Of a stretch of 64,000 nucleotides of DNA, positions 8,048-18,765 are shown one piece after another. The notes below the pieces were generated by a model that was not told where the DNA came from, did not search any database, and worked only from the letters and a program-made list of their open reading frames with translations. The stretch comes from an uncultured Acidobacteriaceae bacterium. GTDB taxonomy: Bacteria > Acidobacteriota > Terriglobia > Terriglobales > Acidobacteriaceae. The position numbers and the translations under genes were made by a program. The stretch's first letter is position 1; every line of letters begins with the position of its first letter. The stretch lies in assembly GCA_963839195.1 (NCBI GenBank), contig CAWITS010000005.1:502477-566476 (forward strand). The letters are read 5' to 3'.

Positions 8048-11000
8048 ATGAGGAGTTCTCGCCTTGAACTTTTGAGTTTTGCAGTGTTCAAGGAAAAGCT
8101 CCGTCCAGACTTCGTCTTTCGGCTCCTCTTCCTGCTTCACGTAGTCGTGTTCCATCCGCATTTCTTGCGGGCGCAGGCCGCTCCCCAACCTCCCGCGCCA
8201 GCTGCCGGGGCGCGAGCCATCCACGGCATAGTGAAATCAGGCAACATGCCGATTCCCGGCGCGGGAGTTTCCGCGGAGAACGCCACCGCCAAAGCACAAG
8301 TCAGCACGTGGACCGATGTCGACGGGAGTTATTTGCTCCGGATTCCCGCCGATGGACGCTATACCGTGCGAGTGCAGATGTCAGCGTTTGCCGCGAGCAC
8401 GCAGGAAGTTGTGCTGGACGAAGCTCATCCAGACGTGCAGGCGAATTTCGAGCTGATTCTGCTCTCACGAGCACACGAAGCTCCTACTAAGAGTGACCAG
8501 CGGCAGGCGAATGCCGGCGGACGAGGCTTTCAGAGCCTTTCCGTGTTTCAGAGCGGAGCCCAAGATGCGGCTGGCGGCTCCATGAGCGACGTGGTTCCAT
8601 CGGGCATGCCGGTTCCCGGGATCGCTCCCGACAGCGCGACGGAATCCGTGGCGGTTTCCGGCAACACTTCAAATTCCTTCAACGCCATGAGCGCCGATGA
8701 AATGCAGCAGCGCTTCAATGACGCCCGTCAACAGGGAGGAGGATTCGGCGGCGGATTCGGTGGCCCCGGCGGCGGGGGCTTTGGCGGTGGTGGTTTCGGT
8801 GGTGGAGGTTTTGGCCGCCGGGGTTTCGACATCAATCGCCCGCATGGATCGATCTATTACGGCATCGGCGATTCAGCGCTGAATGCCGCACCTTATGCGC
8901 TGAACGGCCAGGTCGCGAATCCGTCGTATGAACAGAACAGTTTCGGGGGATCGGTGGGCGGCCCGCTCAACATTCCGAAGATTTATCACGGCGGCACCAA
9001 GACATTCTTCTTCGCAAATTACAACGGCAAGCGCGGAGAAAATCCGTTTGACCAGTTTTCGACCGTGCCTTCGCTGGCTGAGCGGCAGGGGAATTTTTCA
9101 GCTCTATGCCTGACTGGATTCAATGGAGCGGGTGTATGCAATGACATGAACAGCAGCGGCCAGACGATCCACCAGATTTATTCCGTGAATCCGGTCACCA
9201 GCGTGAGCACCCCATACCCGGAGAACGAGATTCCGGGGTTCGCCACACAGACCTGCCCGTGGACTGCCGCGTCTGGGCCGGCGAACATTGCGGCAGGGTT
9301 GCTCGAATACATCCCGTGCCCGAATCTGGCGGGACCGACGCAAAACTTTCACCACGTCACCTCGACGACCAGCGACAGCGACGACCTGAATGTACGCGTG
9401 AATCATACGATCGGAGCCGCGCCTACGGGCGGCGGCCGGCGCGGTGGAGGAGGCCGCCGGCCGGGAAACAGCCTGACGTTTGGCTTTCACTACCACGGGT
9501 CGAGCGCGAACATCACGAATCCGTTTCCGAGCGTCGGCGGCACGACCGGCGTACGCAGCTTCGATGTGCCGATTGGGTGGGTGCGAAGCATCGGGAAGCT
9601 GACGAACAGTTTACGCTTCGATTTCAATCGCAGCCGCACCAAGACGCAAAACCTCTACGCGTTTCTGGACGACATCGACAGTGGGCTGGGAATTACCGGA
9701 GTTTCCACGAATCCATTCGACTGGGGATTGCCGAATATTTCTTTTGGCGACCTCACTAGTCTGTCAGATACGAATCCGCAGCTGGTGCGAAACCAGACCT
9801 ACACATTCTCGGATTACGTGGTGTGGTCCCACGGCAAGCACACCTGGCGGTGGGGTGGAGATTTCCGGCGAGTGCAATTGAATACGGAGGCCAGCAGCAA
9901 CTCGCGCGGGGCGTTTACATTTTCTGGCGTCAATACTTCCGACATCGTGAACGGCAGCCAGGTTATGGGCACCGGATATGACTTTGCCGATTTTCTGCTG
10001 GGATTGCCGCAGTCGACCGCGGTCGAGTTCGGAGAAGACAACTATCACTTCCACGGCAACTACTGGGATATGTATGTGCAGGACGAGTGGAAGATGCGGG
10101 GGAATCTCACGCTGAATCTGGGCGTGCGCTATGAATATGTTTCGCCGCTCACGGAAGAAAATAATCTGATTGCGAATCTGGACCTTTCCCCACAGGTTTT
10201 TATTGCAGGCCCGTTACTGCCGTCATCTGCGGCGGCTGTGGTTGTGCCGGGTCAGGCTGGCCCCTACAGCGGTAGTGTTCCCGCCAGCCTGGTGAGGCCG
10301 GATCGCAAAGGCATCGCGCCCCGGGTGGGGTTCGCGTGGAAGCCGTTTTCGAAAACCGTGGTGCGCGTGAGCTATGGAATCAACTACAACACGGGTGCGT
10401 ATCAAACGATTGCGCAACAACTCGCGTTTCAGCCGCCATTTTCCACGGCGGAGACGAACATCCAGAGCAGCCCGGGAGAACTCACGCTGCAGAATGGTTT
10501 TCCCGCCCCGGCTGCGGGAATCATTACCAACAGTTATGCGGTAAATTCAAACTACCGGTTCGGGTATGTGCAGATTCGTAATCTCGATATTCAACAGCAG
10601 ATTCGCCCGACGCTGTTGCTGAATATTGACTACACGGGAACGAAAGGAACGAACCTGGACATTTTGGAAGCACCAAATCGAACGATCTCGTCGACAGGAA
10701 TTACGACACGCATTGCAGAAGTTCAGGCCTTCACGTTCGAGAATTCGATCGGCGATTCGGAGGCGAACGCGGGATCCGTGCGCTTGCGGAAGCGACTGGC
10801 ACATGGGTTTTCGATCGGCGGCATGTATACGTTCTCGAAGTCGATGGACGACGCATCTTCGATTGGAGCAGGTGCGACGAGCGCGGCGAGCTCCCCTGGT
10901 TTAGGCGCAGGCGGAACCGGGGCAGGGGGAGGCGGCGCGACGGCGTCGGCGGGCAGCGGGGCGAACAGCGTCGCGCAAAATCCGTTTGACATTTCGGCGG

Positions 11001-11569
11001 AGCGCGGGCTTTCGAGCTTCAATCAGACGCACAAATTCACCGCGGATTATTTGCTGGAGCTGCCATTCGGCCACGACAAGCGCTGGCTCACGGGCAACAC
11101 TCCGGTGCGAGCGATCTTCGGAGACTGGCAGTGGAGCGGGGACTGGACAATTGCGTCGGGGCTGCCCTTTACGCCTCGCATCCTGGCCAGCGCGGAAGAA
11201 CTGAATGGAGGCACCAGCGGAACCCTGAGACCGGATTTGGTTCCAGGGCAAACAATTCAGCTGTCGCGCCCCTCGATTGGAGAGTGGTTCAACACGGCCG
11301 CGTTTGCGACACCGCCGACCGGGCAGTATGGCGATGCCCGCCGCAACAGCATTATTGGTCCGGGCAGCAAGGTGTTTGACATGGCGCTGACCAAGGTGAT
11401 CCCGATGCGTGAGTCACGGATGCTGGAGTTCCGAGCGCAGGCGACGAACGTGTTCAACATCCCGAACTATTCTGCGATCGATACGAGCCTCACCTCGCTC
11501 ACTTTTGGGCGCGTAACGGCCGTCGGCGGGATGCGGCAGATCACGATCACGGCCCGGTTCCGATTCTAA
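8048..11569 (+). CDS. TonB-dependent outer-membrane receptor with N-terminal CarboxypepD_reg-like domain
   Basis: 1173 aa. 'IHGIVKSGNMPIPGAGVSAEN...TDVDGSYLLRIPADGRYTVRV' is a carboxypeptidase-regulatory fold. Gly/Phe-rich linker. C-terminal beta-barrel ends '...ITARFRF'. Confidence 0.85.
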   Translation: MRSSRLELLSFAVFKEKLRPDFVFRLLFLLHVVVFHPHFLRAQAAPQPPAPAAGARAIHGIVKSGNMPIPGAGVSAENATAKAQVSTWTDVDGSYLLRIPADGRYTVRVQMSAFAASTQEVVLDEAHPDVQANFELILLSRAHEAPTKSDQRQANAGGRGFQSLSVFQSGAQDAAGGSMSDVVPSGMPVPGIAPDSATESVAVSGNTSNSFNAMSADEMQQRFNDARQQGGGFGGGFGGPGGGGFGGGGFGGGGFGRRGFDINRPHGSIYYGIGDSALNAAPYALNGQVANPSYEQNSFGGSVGGPLNIPKIYHGGTKTFFFANYNGKRGENPFDQFSTVPSLAERQGNFSALCLTGFNGAGVCNDMNSSGQTIHQIYSVNPVTSVSTPYPENEIPGFATQTCPWTAASGPANIAAGLLEYIPCPNLAGPTQNFHHVTSTTSDSDDLNVRVNHTIGAAPTGGGRRGGGGRRPGNSLTFGFHYHGSSANITNPFPSVGGTTGVRSFDVPIGWVRSIGKLTNSLRFDFNRSRTKTQNLYAFLDDIDSGLGITGVSTNPFDWGLPNISFGDLTSLSDTNPQLVRNQTYTFSDYVVWSHGKHTWRWGGDFRRVQLNTEASSNSRGAFTFSGVNTSDIVNGSQVMGTGYDFADFLLGLPQSTAVEFGEDNYHFHGNYWDMYVQDEWKMRGNLTLNLGVRYEYVSPLTEENNLIANLDLSPQVFIAGPLLPSSAAAVVVPGQAGPYSGSVPASLVRPDRKGIAPRVGFAWKPFSKTVVRVSYGINYNTGAYQTIAQQLAFQPPFSTAETNIQSSPGELTLQNGFPAPAAGIITNSYAVNSNYRFGYVQIRNLDIQQQIRPTLLLNIDYTGTKGTNLDILEAPNRTISSTGITTRIAEVQAFTFENSIGDSEANAGSVRLRKRLAHGFSIGGMYTFSKSMDDASSIGAGATSAASSPGLGAGGTGAGGGGATASAGSGANSVAQNPFDISAERGLSSFNQTHKFTADYLLELPFGHDKRWLTGNTPVRAIFGDWQWSGDWTIASGLPFTPRILASAEELNGGTSGTLRPDLVPGQTIQLSRPSIGEWFNTAAFATPPTGQYGDARRNSIIGPGSKVFDMALTKVIPMRESRMLEFRAQATNVFNIPNYSAIDTSLTSLTFGRVTAVGGMRQITITARFRF

Positions 11570-11574
11570 GGAGG

Positions 11575-13710
11575 ATGCTGACGGAAACACCTTCGAAAAG
11601 GATCTTTATGACATCCATCGCAAACCGATTCGCCGACAAGACTGTTGCAGTGCTGCTGACGCTCGTGCTTTTCTGTGCTCCGTTGCCTTCGCAGCAGGAG
11701 TCGGGATACGTGCTTCACGTGGAATCGGAACTCGTGTTGGTGAACGTGACGGTCCGGGACAAGAACGGAAACTTCGTTCCGGGATTAAAACCGGAGAACT
11801 TCACGGTTCTCGAAGATAACAAGCCGCAGAAAGTTGTTTCCTTTGACGTGGAAAACGTGGATGCCGTCCCTGCCGCGGATGTAGCCCAGGTAAAGGCCTT
11901 GCCGGAAGCACCACCGGGGCAGCTCCGTCCGGCAGTCTCCTTGCCGAATTCGGCGGCCCAGTTCAAAGACCGTCGCCTGATTGTGTTGTTCTTCGATCTC
12001 TCTGCCATGGAGCCAGACGAAATCGACCACGCGGTTACCTCAGCCGAACACTATGTCGATACCCAGATGGCGCCTGCGGATTTGGTTTCCATTGTTTCTC
12101 TGGGAAGCTCGCTGCTGGTGAATCAGGATTTCACGGCTGACCGCGCGCTATTGAAAAAACAGCTGGACGCATTCAGTTCGGGCAGTGGCCAGGGCTTCGA
12201 AGAAGGCACTACAGGAACAACCGAAGGGACTCCCGACACGGGTCAGCCCTTTACCGCCGATGATACCGAATACAACATCTTCAACACCGACCGCCGGCTG
12301 GAAGCTCTGCGATCGGTAGCGGCCAAGCTTTCCCACATTCAGCAGAAGAAATCACTGATTTATTTTTCCAGCGGCATGGACCGCACCGGCATTGAGAATC
12401 AATCGGAATTGCGCGCGGCCGTGAACGAAGCCGTGCGTTCGAACCTGGCCATATACACCATGGATATGCGTGGCCTCCAGGCACTGGTGGCCGGCGGGGA
12501 GGCGCAGAGCGCCAGCCTGCGCGGGGTTTCAGCCTACTCTGGACAGTCGACGCTCAATGCCCTCAATTCCAACTTCACTACGCAGGAAACGCTGGTGACC
12601 CTCGCCAGTGATACCGGCGGCCGCGCCTTTCTCGATGACAACGATTTCACCAAGATTTTCAAGGGAGTGCAGCAGGACACATCGACTTATTACCTGCTCG
12701 GCTATCACAGCACGAACCCCGCGCGGGACGGCCACTATCGCCGCATCGTCGTGAAGAGCAATGTTCCAGGAGTCAAGATCGACTATCGCCGCGGTTACTA
12801 TGCGCCTGCCGATTTCAAGCACGCCACTACGGACGATAAAGAGCGCCAGCTTGAAGAGGAATTGGCCTCCGAAATGCCGGCCACGGATTTGCCCCTGTAT
12901 CTGGGCGTCTCCTATTTCCGATTGGAAGGCAACAAGTTCTTCGTTCCTATGTCGCTGGTGGTGCCGGGATCACAGATTCCATTCGTGCGCTCCAGCGACC
13001 TCGACAAAGCGACCTTGGATGTGATCGGGATGGTGCTCGATAACGAACACCATCCTCTGAACAGATTCCGCGATACCGTGAAGCTTGCCGTCAACACTAC
13101 AAAAGACGTTCACAAGAAGAATGTGCAGTATGACACTGGAATGAGCCTGCTGAGCGGCAAGTATCATCTGAAATTCGTCGTGCGCGAGAATCAGACCGGC
13201 CTCATGGGATCATTCGAGACTGACATCGATGTGCCGGACCTGAAAGCGCAGCCGCTGAAGATGAGTTCGGTGGTACTTGCCAGCCAGATTCAACCGGCCA
13301 AGAAGAGTGCCAACCCGAACCCGTTGATCCATGAAGGTTCCGAAATCATCCCAAGCATCACCCATGTCTTCTCGGCCTCGCAGCACCTTTTCGTTTATTA
13401 CGAGGTGTACGATCCGGCACAGCGTGCGGCCACGGCCTCAACCGGAGAAAGCGCGCAGAAGCCCGGCATACGACTTTTGACGAATGTTGCTTTTTTTCAG
13501 GGCAAAGCTAAGTCGTACGAGAGTTCTCTGGTCGAGGTGACCGAATTAAACGCGCGCGAGCGCAAGGCCGCCGTTTTTCAATTGGACGTGCCCCTGACCT
13601 CGCTCAAGCCTGGTTTTTATACCTGTCAGGTAAACGTGATCGACGACGCCGGCGGACACTTCCTGTTTCCACGGCTTGCCTTGTTGATCCGCGCGGAACC
13701 CAAGGCCTGA
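11575..13710 (+). CDS. VWA domain-containing protein (acidobacterial VWFA-related type)
   Basis: 711 aa. 'LIVLFFDLSAM' MIDAS-like start of a VWA fold. 'SLIYFSSG', 'AIYTMDMRG'. The start could instead be ATG 11608 (MTSIANRF). Confidence 0.75.
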   Translation: MLTETPSKRIFMTSIANRFADKTVAVLLTLVLFCAPLPSQQESGYVLHVESELVLVNVTVRDKNGNFVPGLKPENFTVLEDNKPQKVVSFDVENVDAVPAADVAQVKALPEAPPGQLRPAVSLPNSAAQFKDRRLIVLFFDLSAMEPDEIDHAVTSAEHYVDTQMAPADLVSIVSLGSSLLVNQDFTADRALLKKQLDAFSSGSGQGFEEGTTGTTEGTPDTGQPFTADDTEYNIFNTDRRLEALRSVAAKLSHIQQKKSLIYFSSGMDRTGIENQSELRAAVNEAVRSNLAIYTMDMRGLQALVAGGEAQSASLRGVSAYSGQSTLNALNSNFTTQETLVTLASDTGGRAFLDDNDFTKIFKGVQQDTSTYYLLGYHSTNPARDGHYRRIVVKSNVPGVKIDYRRGYYAPADFKHATTDDKERQLEEELASEMPATDLPLYLGVSYFRLEGNKFFVPMSLVVPGSQIPFVRSSDLDKATLDVIGMVLDNEHHPLNRFRDTVKLAVNTTKDVHKKNVQYDTGMSLLSGKYHLKFVVRENQTGLMGSFETDIDVPDLKAQPLKMSSVVLASQIQPAKKSANPNPLIHEGSEIIPSITHVFSASQHLFVYYEVYDPAQRAATASTGESAQKPGIRLLTNVAFFQGKAKSYESSLVEVTELNARERKAAVFQLDVPLTSLKPGFYTCQVNVIDDAGGHFLFPRLALLIRAEPKA

Positions 13711-13743
13711 CGCACTACGTCAGGCGAACAACTGCTGCGCCGT

Positions 13744-14796
13744 TCAACTCCCTACATATCGTGCATACAGACTGCGCGCGACTCCGGTTTCCGTCGTCCC
13801 CTTGATGATTGCGCGCCCGTCGGGAAACAGTGTCATCTCATAGGGTTCGCGCCAGAACTTCAGCACGAACTCGTTGTGCCGAACCACGCCGTGCGCCTCC
13901 AACCGTCTCTGCATCTCGACAAAATCAATCGGCCGGGTGCGCTCATGAATCTGCACTGAGTTGCGCCCGCACATCGTGATATGCGGGCGCCCCTCGCCCG
14001 CCAGGTGCACAAAATCTCGTTCTCCACACGCCCGGCAGCCCGGCCGAGGATGCGCCGCAGCAATCTCCGCGTGCTCGTTGTTCCACACATCAAACGACCA
14101 TAGCGTTTTCCTTAGCCGTTCCGCCGCGGCACCGCCGACCAGCAACTTCACCGCCTCCGTGGCCGCAACCGAGGCCACCAGGTTCACCGCCGTATTTAAT
14201 ATCCCGGAAGTCTCGCACGTCTCCACCATCCCGCTCGGAGTATCCGGAAAAATGCATGCCAGGCATGCGGTCTTGTGGGGCAGCACATTCAGCGTCACAC
14301 CATAACTGCCCACCGCCGCCGCATAGATCCACGATATGGAGTTCTTCACCGCATAATCATTCACCAGATAGCGCGTCTCAAAATTATCCGTGCCATCCAG
14401 GATTACATCCATCCCCTCAAGTAATACATTAATATTGCCGGGGACCAGATCCTCGACCCGCGCCTCGACCTCGATCTCCGAATTGAAGGCGGAAATCTTT
14501 CGTGTCGCAGCAATCGCCTTGGGCAACGATTCAGCCGCGTCCTTTTCCTCGAACAGCGACTGCCGCTGCAGATTGCTCGCCTCCACATAATCGCGGTCGA
14601 TAATCCGCAACGTTCCCACGCCCGCGCGTGCCAGTAATGACGCCAGCACCGACCCGGTCGCGCCGCATCCCACGATCGCTACTCGTCCGGCAGCCAGACG
14701 CCGCTGGCCCTCAACCCCGATTCCGCGAAACAGAATCTGCCGAGAGTACCGTTCCTCGAACTTTTCCTTCTCCACGCCCTGCCTCAAAGAGGTCAC
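13744..14796 (-). CDS. thiF: ThiF/MoeB-family adenylyltransferase (thiazole biosynthesis type)
   Basis: 350 aa, GTG start. 'RYSRQILF', 'VAIVGCGATGS' and Zn-site pairs 'CLAC' and 'CRAC'. C-terminal 'LFPDGRAIIKGT' as in Bacillus-type ThiF. Confidence 0.8.
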   Translation of the reverse strand: MTSLRQGVEKEKFEERYSRQILFRGIGVEGQRRLAAGRVAIVGCGATGSVLASLLARAGVGTLRIIDRDYVEASNLQRQSLFEEKDAAESLPKAIAATRKISAFNSEIEVEARVEDLVPGNINVLLEGMDVILDGTDNFETRYLVNDYAVKNSISWIYAAAVGSYGVTLNVLPHKTACLACIFPDTPSGMVETCETSGILNTAVNLVASVAATEAVKLLVGGAAAERLRKTLWSFDVWNNEHAEIAAAHPRPGCRACGERDFVHLAGEGRPHITMCGRNSVQIHERTRPIDFVEMQRRLEAHGVVRHNEFVLKFWREPYEMTLFPDGRAIIKGTTETGVARSLYARYVGS

Positions 14797-14914
14797 CAGT
14801 TTTCACCCGCAAAACCTTTATTATAAGTGTCTGGACTGCTTTAGCCGCCAGGATGCAGACAACACCGGCCTTCCGCGCTTCATCGAACGTAAGCAACAGG
14901 CCCAAGGACATTTT

Positions 14915-17900
14915 TTGCTGAGACGGTACGCCTCATTCATGATGGTGATCATTGCTTCGCTCGGCCCGGCTGCCCGGGCCGGATCACCCTCACCCGCATC
15001 TTCGCAATCGCCAGAATTATCGAAGGAGCCGCAAACCACCCAGTCTTCCTCGGCTCTCGACACCATGGCGGCTTATGCCGGACGTACCGTCCAATCCATC
15101 GCACTGCCCGGCGTGCCCGACTCCGACCACTTGCTGCAAATCCTCCCCCAGAAGGCCGGACAGCCGCTCGACCGCGACCAGGTTCGCGAGAGCATCCGCA
15201 TTCTGTTTGCAACCGGGCGCTTTGCCGATATCCAAGCCGAAGCCAAACCTTCCGGTCCGGGCGTGGTGCTCACTTTCACCACTGCACTCAACTTCTTTGT
15301 CGGAGCCGTCGACGTGGAAGGGGCTCCCGCCCACCCCAACACCAACCAGGTCGTTAACGCCACCAAGCTCCAACTCGGCGAGCTCCATACCCAGGACAAA
15401 CTCGAACGCGCCCTGCGAAACATACGCCAGCTCATGCAGGAGAATGGCTATTATCGCGCGCGTGTCACCGCCGAAAGCACTTCCAACCCGGCCGACCAGC
15501 AGGTCAATATTCTCGTCCACATCACTGCTGGAGAACCCGCCCACGTCGGCGAGGTCAAACTCACCGGCCACGCAACGTTCTCCCTGAGCCAGTTTGAGGA
15601 TATTGCCAGGATGCACTCCGCTGATCCTATTACCGCCGCCCGCATCACCAATTCTCTTCAGCGCCTGCGAAAAAAGTTTCAGAAGCAGCAGCGCGTTCTG
15701 GCCCAGGTTTCCATTGCCGTGCAGCAGTACCAGCCTGAATCGAACGCCGTAGATTACACCTATCTGATCGAGCCCGGACCCGTGGTCCTCATCCACGCCG
15801 AAGGTTTTCACATCAGCCACGGCGTCCTGAAAAAAGAAGTCCCGGTCTATGAAGAAAACGCTCTCGACGACGACTTGCTGAACGAGGGCAAGCGCAACCT
15901 GCTCGACTACCTCCAGAGCCGTGGCCATTTCGATGCCACAGTTGACATCCAGAAGGAGACCGCTCCTGACACTCTCCGCGTCACCTACCGAATCGATCCC
16001 GGGCCTTTGCACAAGTTCGACCTCATTGAGATCACGGGGAACAAGTATTTCTCCCGCCAAATGCTTCGTCAGCGCCTGCAGATTCAGCCTTCGGGAAGGT
16101 TCCTGTCTCACGGACGTTACAGCGGAGAGCTACTCAAAGGCGACGTTGCCAACCTCCAGGCCTTATACGTCTCCAACGGATTTCGCGAGGCCAGGATTCA
16201 GACCAAGGTTGACGACAACTATCACGGCGCCGAGAACCACATCGCGGTTCATATTCAGATCGAGGAAGGCCCTCAAACCGTAGTCGGTTCTCTTCGAATC
16301 GTGGGCAACCAGAAGATTGACGCGAAGGCGTTCCCTGAACTCTACACCGCCGAAGGCCAGCCCTACTCCGAGCAGAATCTCGCCAATGACCGCGCGTCCA
16401 TCCTCAACTACTACTTCAACCACGGTTTTTCCAACGCCAACCTCGAAATCACGACCGAGCCTTCCCCCGGCCATGCTAACCACGAAGACATAACCTACAC
16501 CATCCAGGAGGGCGATCAGTTTTTCGTCAACAAAGTGATGGTTACCGGTCTCGATCACACCCGCGACTACGTAGTGCAGCGCGAAATTCAGGTGGTCGCG
16601 GGCCAACCTCTCAGTCAGGGAGATCTTCTTGATACCCAACGCAGGCTGTACGATCTCGGCATCTTCAGCCAGGTGGATACCGCCGTGCAGAATCCCGACG
16701 GCTCTGACTCGCAGAAAAATGTCCTGGTCCAGGCACAGGAAGCCAAACGCTACACCTTCACCTATGGCTTCGGCCTGGAGTTTGAAACCGGCCTGCCCGC
16801 CGGTTCCACCGCTCCCACTGGAGATACTGGAGTAAGCCCCCGGGTCGGGTTCGACATTACCCGCCTGAACGTCGGCGGCCGGGATCAGAGCCTGATCTTC
16901 CAGTCTCACGTCGGCCGCCTCCAGCAGCGCGGCCTCGTTAGCTACGAAATTCCCAAGCTCTTCAACAACGACCGCCTCAAACTTTTCTACACCGTCTTTT
17001 ACGACAACAGCCTTGACGTCTCCACCTTCACCTCCCAGCGCTGGGAGGGCAAGATTGATCTCCGCCAGCAAATCGGCCGGCTCCTGCCCAATTACTCCAC
17101 CTCCCTCACCTACCGCTTCGAATACCGGCGCGTGAAAGCCAGCAGCATCGTTCCAGACCTTTCCCCCGCCGAATTCAGTTTGTTTTCGCTGCCCGCGCGC
17201 GTCGCTGGTCCCGGTCTTACTTACATCCGCGACAAACGAGACAACCCTCTCGAAAGTACAAAAGGCCAGTACTTCACTTTCGATGCCTTCGCCTCATCCA
17301 GTTACTTTGGTTCGCAGGCCAGTTACGGACGCGTCCTCGGTCAAGATGCCACCTACTACGCCTTCGGCCGGCCCAATCACAAGTTTGTCATCGCTCGCTC
17401 CACCACCCTGGGCCTGGAACAGGTCTATCACGGCACTGTCGTTCTGCCGCCGGGAGCATGTGAAATCGTTAATCTGGTTAGCTCATGCCCCTCGGGTACT
17501 TCGGTGATCCCGCTGCCCGAAGTCTTTTTCGCCGGCGGCGGCAACTCCCACCGCGGTTTCGGGTTAAATCAAGCAGGACCCCGCGATCCCGATTCCGGTT
17601 TTCCCGTCGGTGGAACGGCGCTGTTCGTCAATAGTGAGGAATTGCGCTTCCCGCAGATAAGCTTGCCTTACCTTGGAGAAGGCTTCGGCTTCGCTATTTT
17701 TCACGATATGGGCAATGTCTTCACCGCCGGGCACGATCTCCTCACCGGCCTGATGCGCTGGCACCAGCCAGACCCTTCTCAGTGCCTGCTAACCAACCCC
17801 GGCGTAATCATTCCAGCGTGCGAGACCTATTTCAACAACAGTGGATACGACTACACCTCGCACGCGGTTGGGCTGGGATTGCGCTACAAAACCCCAATCG

Positions 17901-18049
17901 GCCCGTTGCGCTTCGACTTCGGGTACAATCTGAATCCAACTTACTTTTTCCAGGGAATCACAAATTCAGCCGGGGCACTGACGGGAAATTTTGAGACGCA
18001 ACGCATGCGTCACTTCAACATATTCTTCAGCATAGGGCAGCCATTTTAA
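14915..18049 (+). CDS. bamA: outer membrane protein assembly factor BamA (long form, 1044 aa)
   Basis: Signal peptide, repeated POTRA-like segments, Omp85 barrel with 'GGGNSHRGF' and C-terminal '...FFSIGQPF'. Confidence 0.85.
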   Translation: MLRRYASFMMVIIASLGPAARAGSPSPASSQSPELSKEPQTTQSSSALDTMAAYAGRTVQSIALPGVPDSDHLLQILPQKAGQPLDRDQVRESIRILFATGRFADIQAEAKPSGPGVVLTFTTALNFFVGAVDVEGAPAHPNTNQVVNATKLQLGELHTQDKLERALRNIRQLMQENGYYRARVTAESTSNPADQQVNILVHITAGEPAHVGEVKLTGHATFSLSQFEDIARMHSADPITAARITNSLQRLRKKFQKQQRVLAQVSIAVQQYQPESNAVDYTYLIEPGPVVLIHAEGFHISHGVLKKEVPVYEENALDDDLLNEGKRNLLDYLQSRGHFDATVDIQKETAPDTLRVTYRIDPGPLHKFDLIEITGNKYFSRQMLRQRLQIQPSGRFLSHGRYSGELLKGDVANLQALYVSNGFREARIQTKVDDNYHGAENHIAVHIQIEEGPQTVVGSLRIVGNQKIDAKAFPELYTAEGQPYSEQNLANDRASILNYYFNHGFSNANLEITTEPSPGHANHEDITYTIQEGDQFFVNKVMVTGLDHTRDYVVQREIQVVAGQPLSQGDLLDTQRRLYDLGIFSQVDTAVQNPDGSDSQKNVLVQAQEAKRYTFTYGFGLEFETGLPAGSTAPTGDTGVSPRVGFDITRLNVGGRDQSLIFQSHVGRLQQRGLVSYEIPKLFNNDRLKLFYTVFYDNSLDVSTFTSQRWEGKIDLRQQIGRLLPNYSTSLTYRFEYRRVKASSIVPDLSPAEFSLFSLPARVAGPGLTYIRDKRDNPLESTKGQYFTFDAFASSSYFGSQASYGRVLGQDATYYAFGRPNHKFVIARSTTLGLEQVYHGTVVLPPGACEIVNLVSSCPSGTSVIPLPEVFFAGGGNSHRGFGLNQAGPRDPDSGFPVGGTALFVNSEELRFPQISLPYLGEGFGFAIFHDMGNVFTAGHDLLTGLMRWHQPDPSQCLLTNPGVIIPACETYFNNSGYDYTSHAVGLGLRYKTPIGPLRFDFGYNLNPTYFFQGITNSAGALTGNFETQRMRHFNIFFSIGQPF

Positions 18050-18765
18050 TGAGATTTCAAATCGACAGAACGATGCTGGTGATTGCGTTAACACTCTCGC
18101 TCGGGGCACTGTGGCTCGCGCCTCAGCCAGGCTCGGCCCAGGTAATCGACCGCATCGTCGCCACCGTAAACGGCCATGTCATCCTGCAGAGCGACTGGGA
18201 CGAGGCCCTCTGCTATGAAGCCCTGCTTACCGACCGAACCCTGGCCCAGTTCACTGACGATGAACGCCGCGTCGTTCTGGACCGCCTGATCGACCTGGAG
18301 CTTCTTCGCGGGCAAATGAAATCCGCCGATTTCCCCCACGCCACTGATGCCGAGGTTGCTGCCCGTGTGGCCGATGCCCGTAAACAGTATCCTCAGGCCA
18401 CGTCGGCGGACGCGTGGCAGGCTCTTCTTGCTCAGTACCACCTCACGGAAAAAGACATTTTCGCTCACGTCCAGCAGCAGATCGATGTGATGCGCCTGGT
18501 CGACGCCCGTCTCCGGCCCACCGTCGAGATCGATTCCAAATCCATCGAGGCCTACTACCGCGACAAGTTTGTCCCCAAGTTGAAGCAGTCGGGAGCTTCC
18601 GAAGTGCCTCTCGCCGAGGTTTCCGGCAAGATTCGCGAGCTGCTCACCGAAGAAAAAGTGAGCGAGTTGCTCGTCTCCTGGCTGCAATCCTTGCGCTCCG
18701 AAGGGCAGATTCGTATCCCCGGCGTCACTCCCTCTGTCACCGACCCGGGAGTTCAGTCGCAGTGA
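18049..18765 (+). CDS. SurA N-terminal-domain chaperone-like protein (no PPIase domain)
   Basis: 238 aa, signal peptide. 'IDRIVATVNGHVILQSDWDEAL' is typical of the SurA N-domain. The ATG overlaps the bamA stop (TAATG at 18047-18051). Confidence 0.7.
   Translation: MRFQIDRTMLVIALTLSLGALWLAPQPGSAQVIDRIVATVNGHVILQSDWDEALCYEALLTDRTLAQFTDDERRVVLDRLIDLELLRGQMKSADFPHATDAEVAARVADARKQYPQATSADAWQALLAQYHLTEKDIFAHVQQQIDVMRLVDARLRPTVEIDSKSIEAYYRDKFVPKLKQSGASEVPLAEVSGKIRELLTEEKVSELLVSWLQSLRSEGQIRIPGVTPSVTDPGVQSQ

Noticed and set aside
8731-8830. GGC/GGT/TTC-rich tandem DNA repeat inside the TonB receptor gene as a separate element
   Set aside because: It is in frame and encodes a Gly/Phe-rich linker (GGGFGGGFGGPGGGGFGGGGFGGGGFGRRGF) between the CarboxypepD_reg domain and the barrel. 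This is a common low-complexity feature of this receptor class, not an independent feature.
18414-18761. 5' extension of the tamB reading frame (ORF track 18414-22871)
   Set aside because: It lies entirely inside the SurA-like gene in another frame and is Arg/Pro-rich. GTG 18762 gives a GTGA stop/start overlap and a proper N-terminal TM helix.
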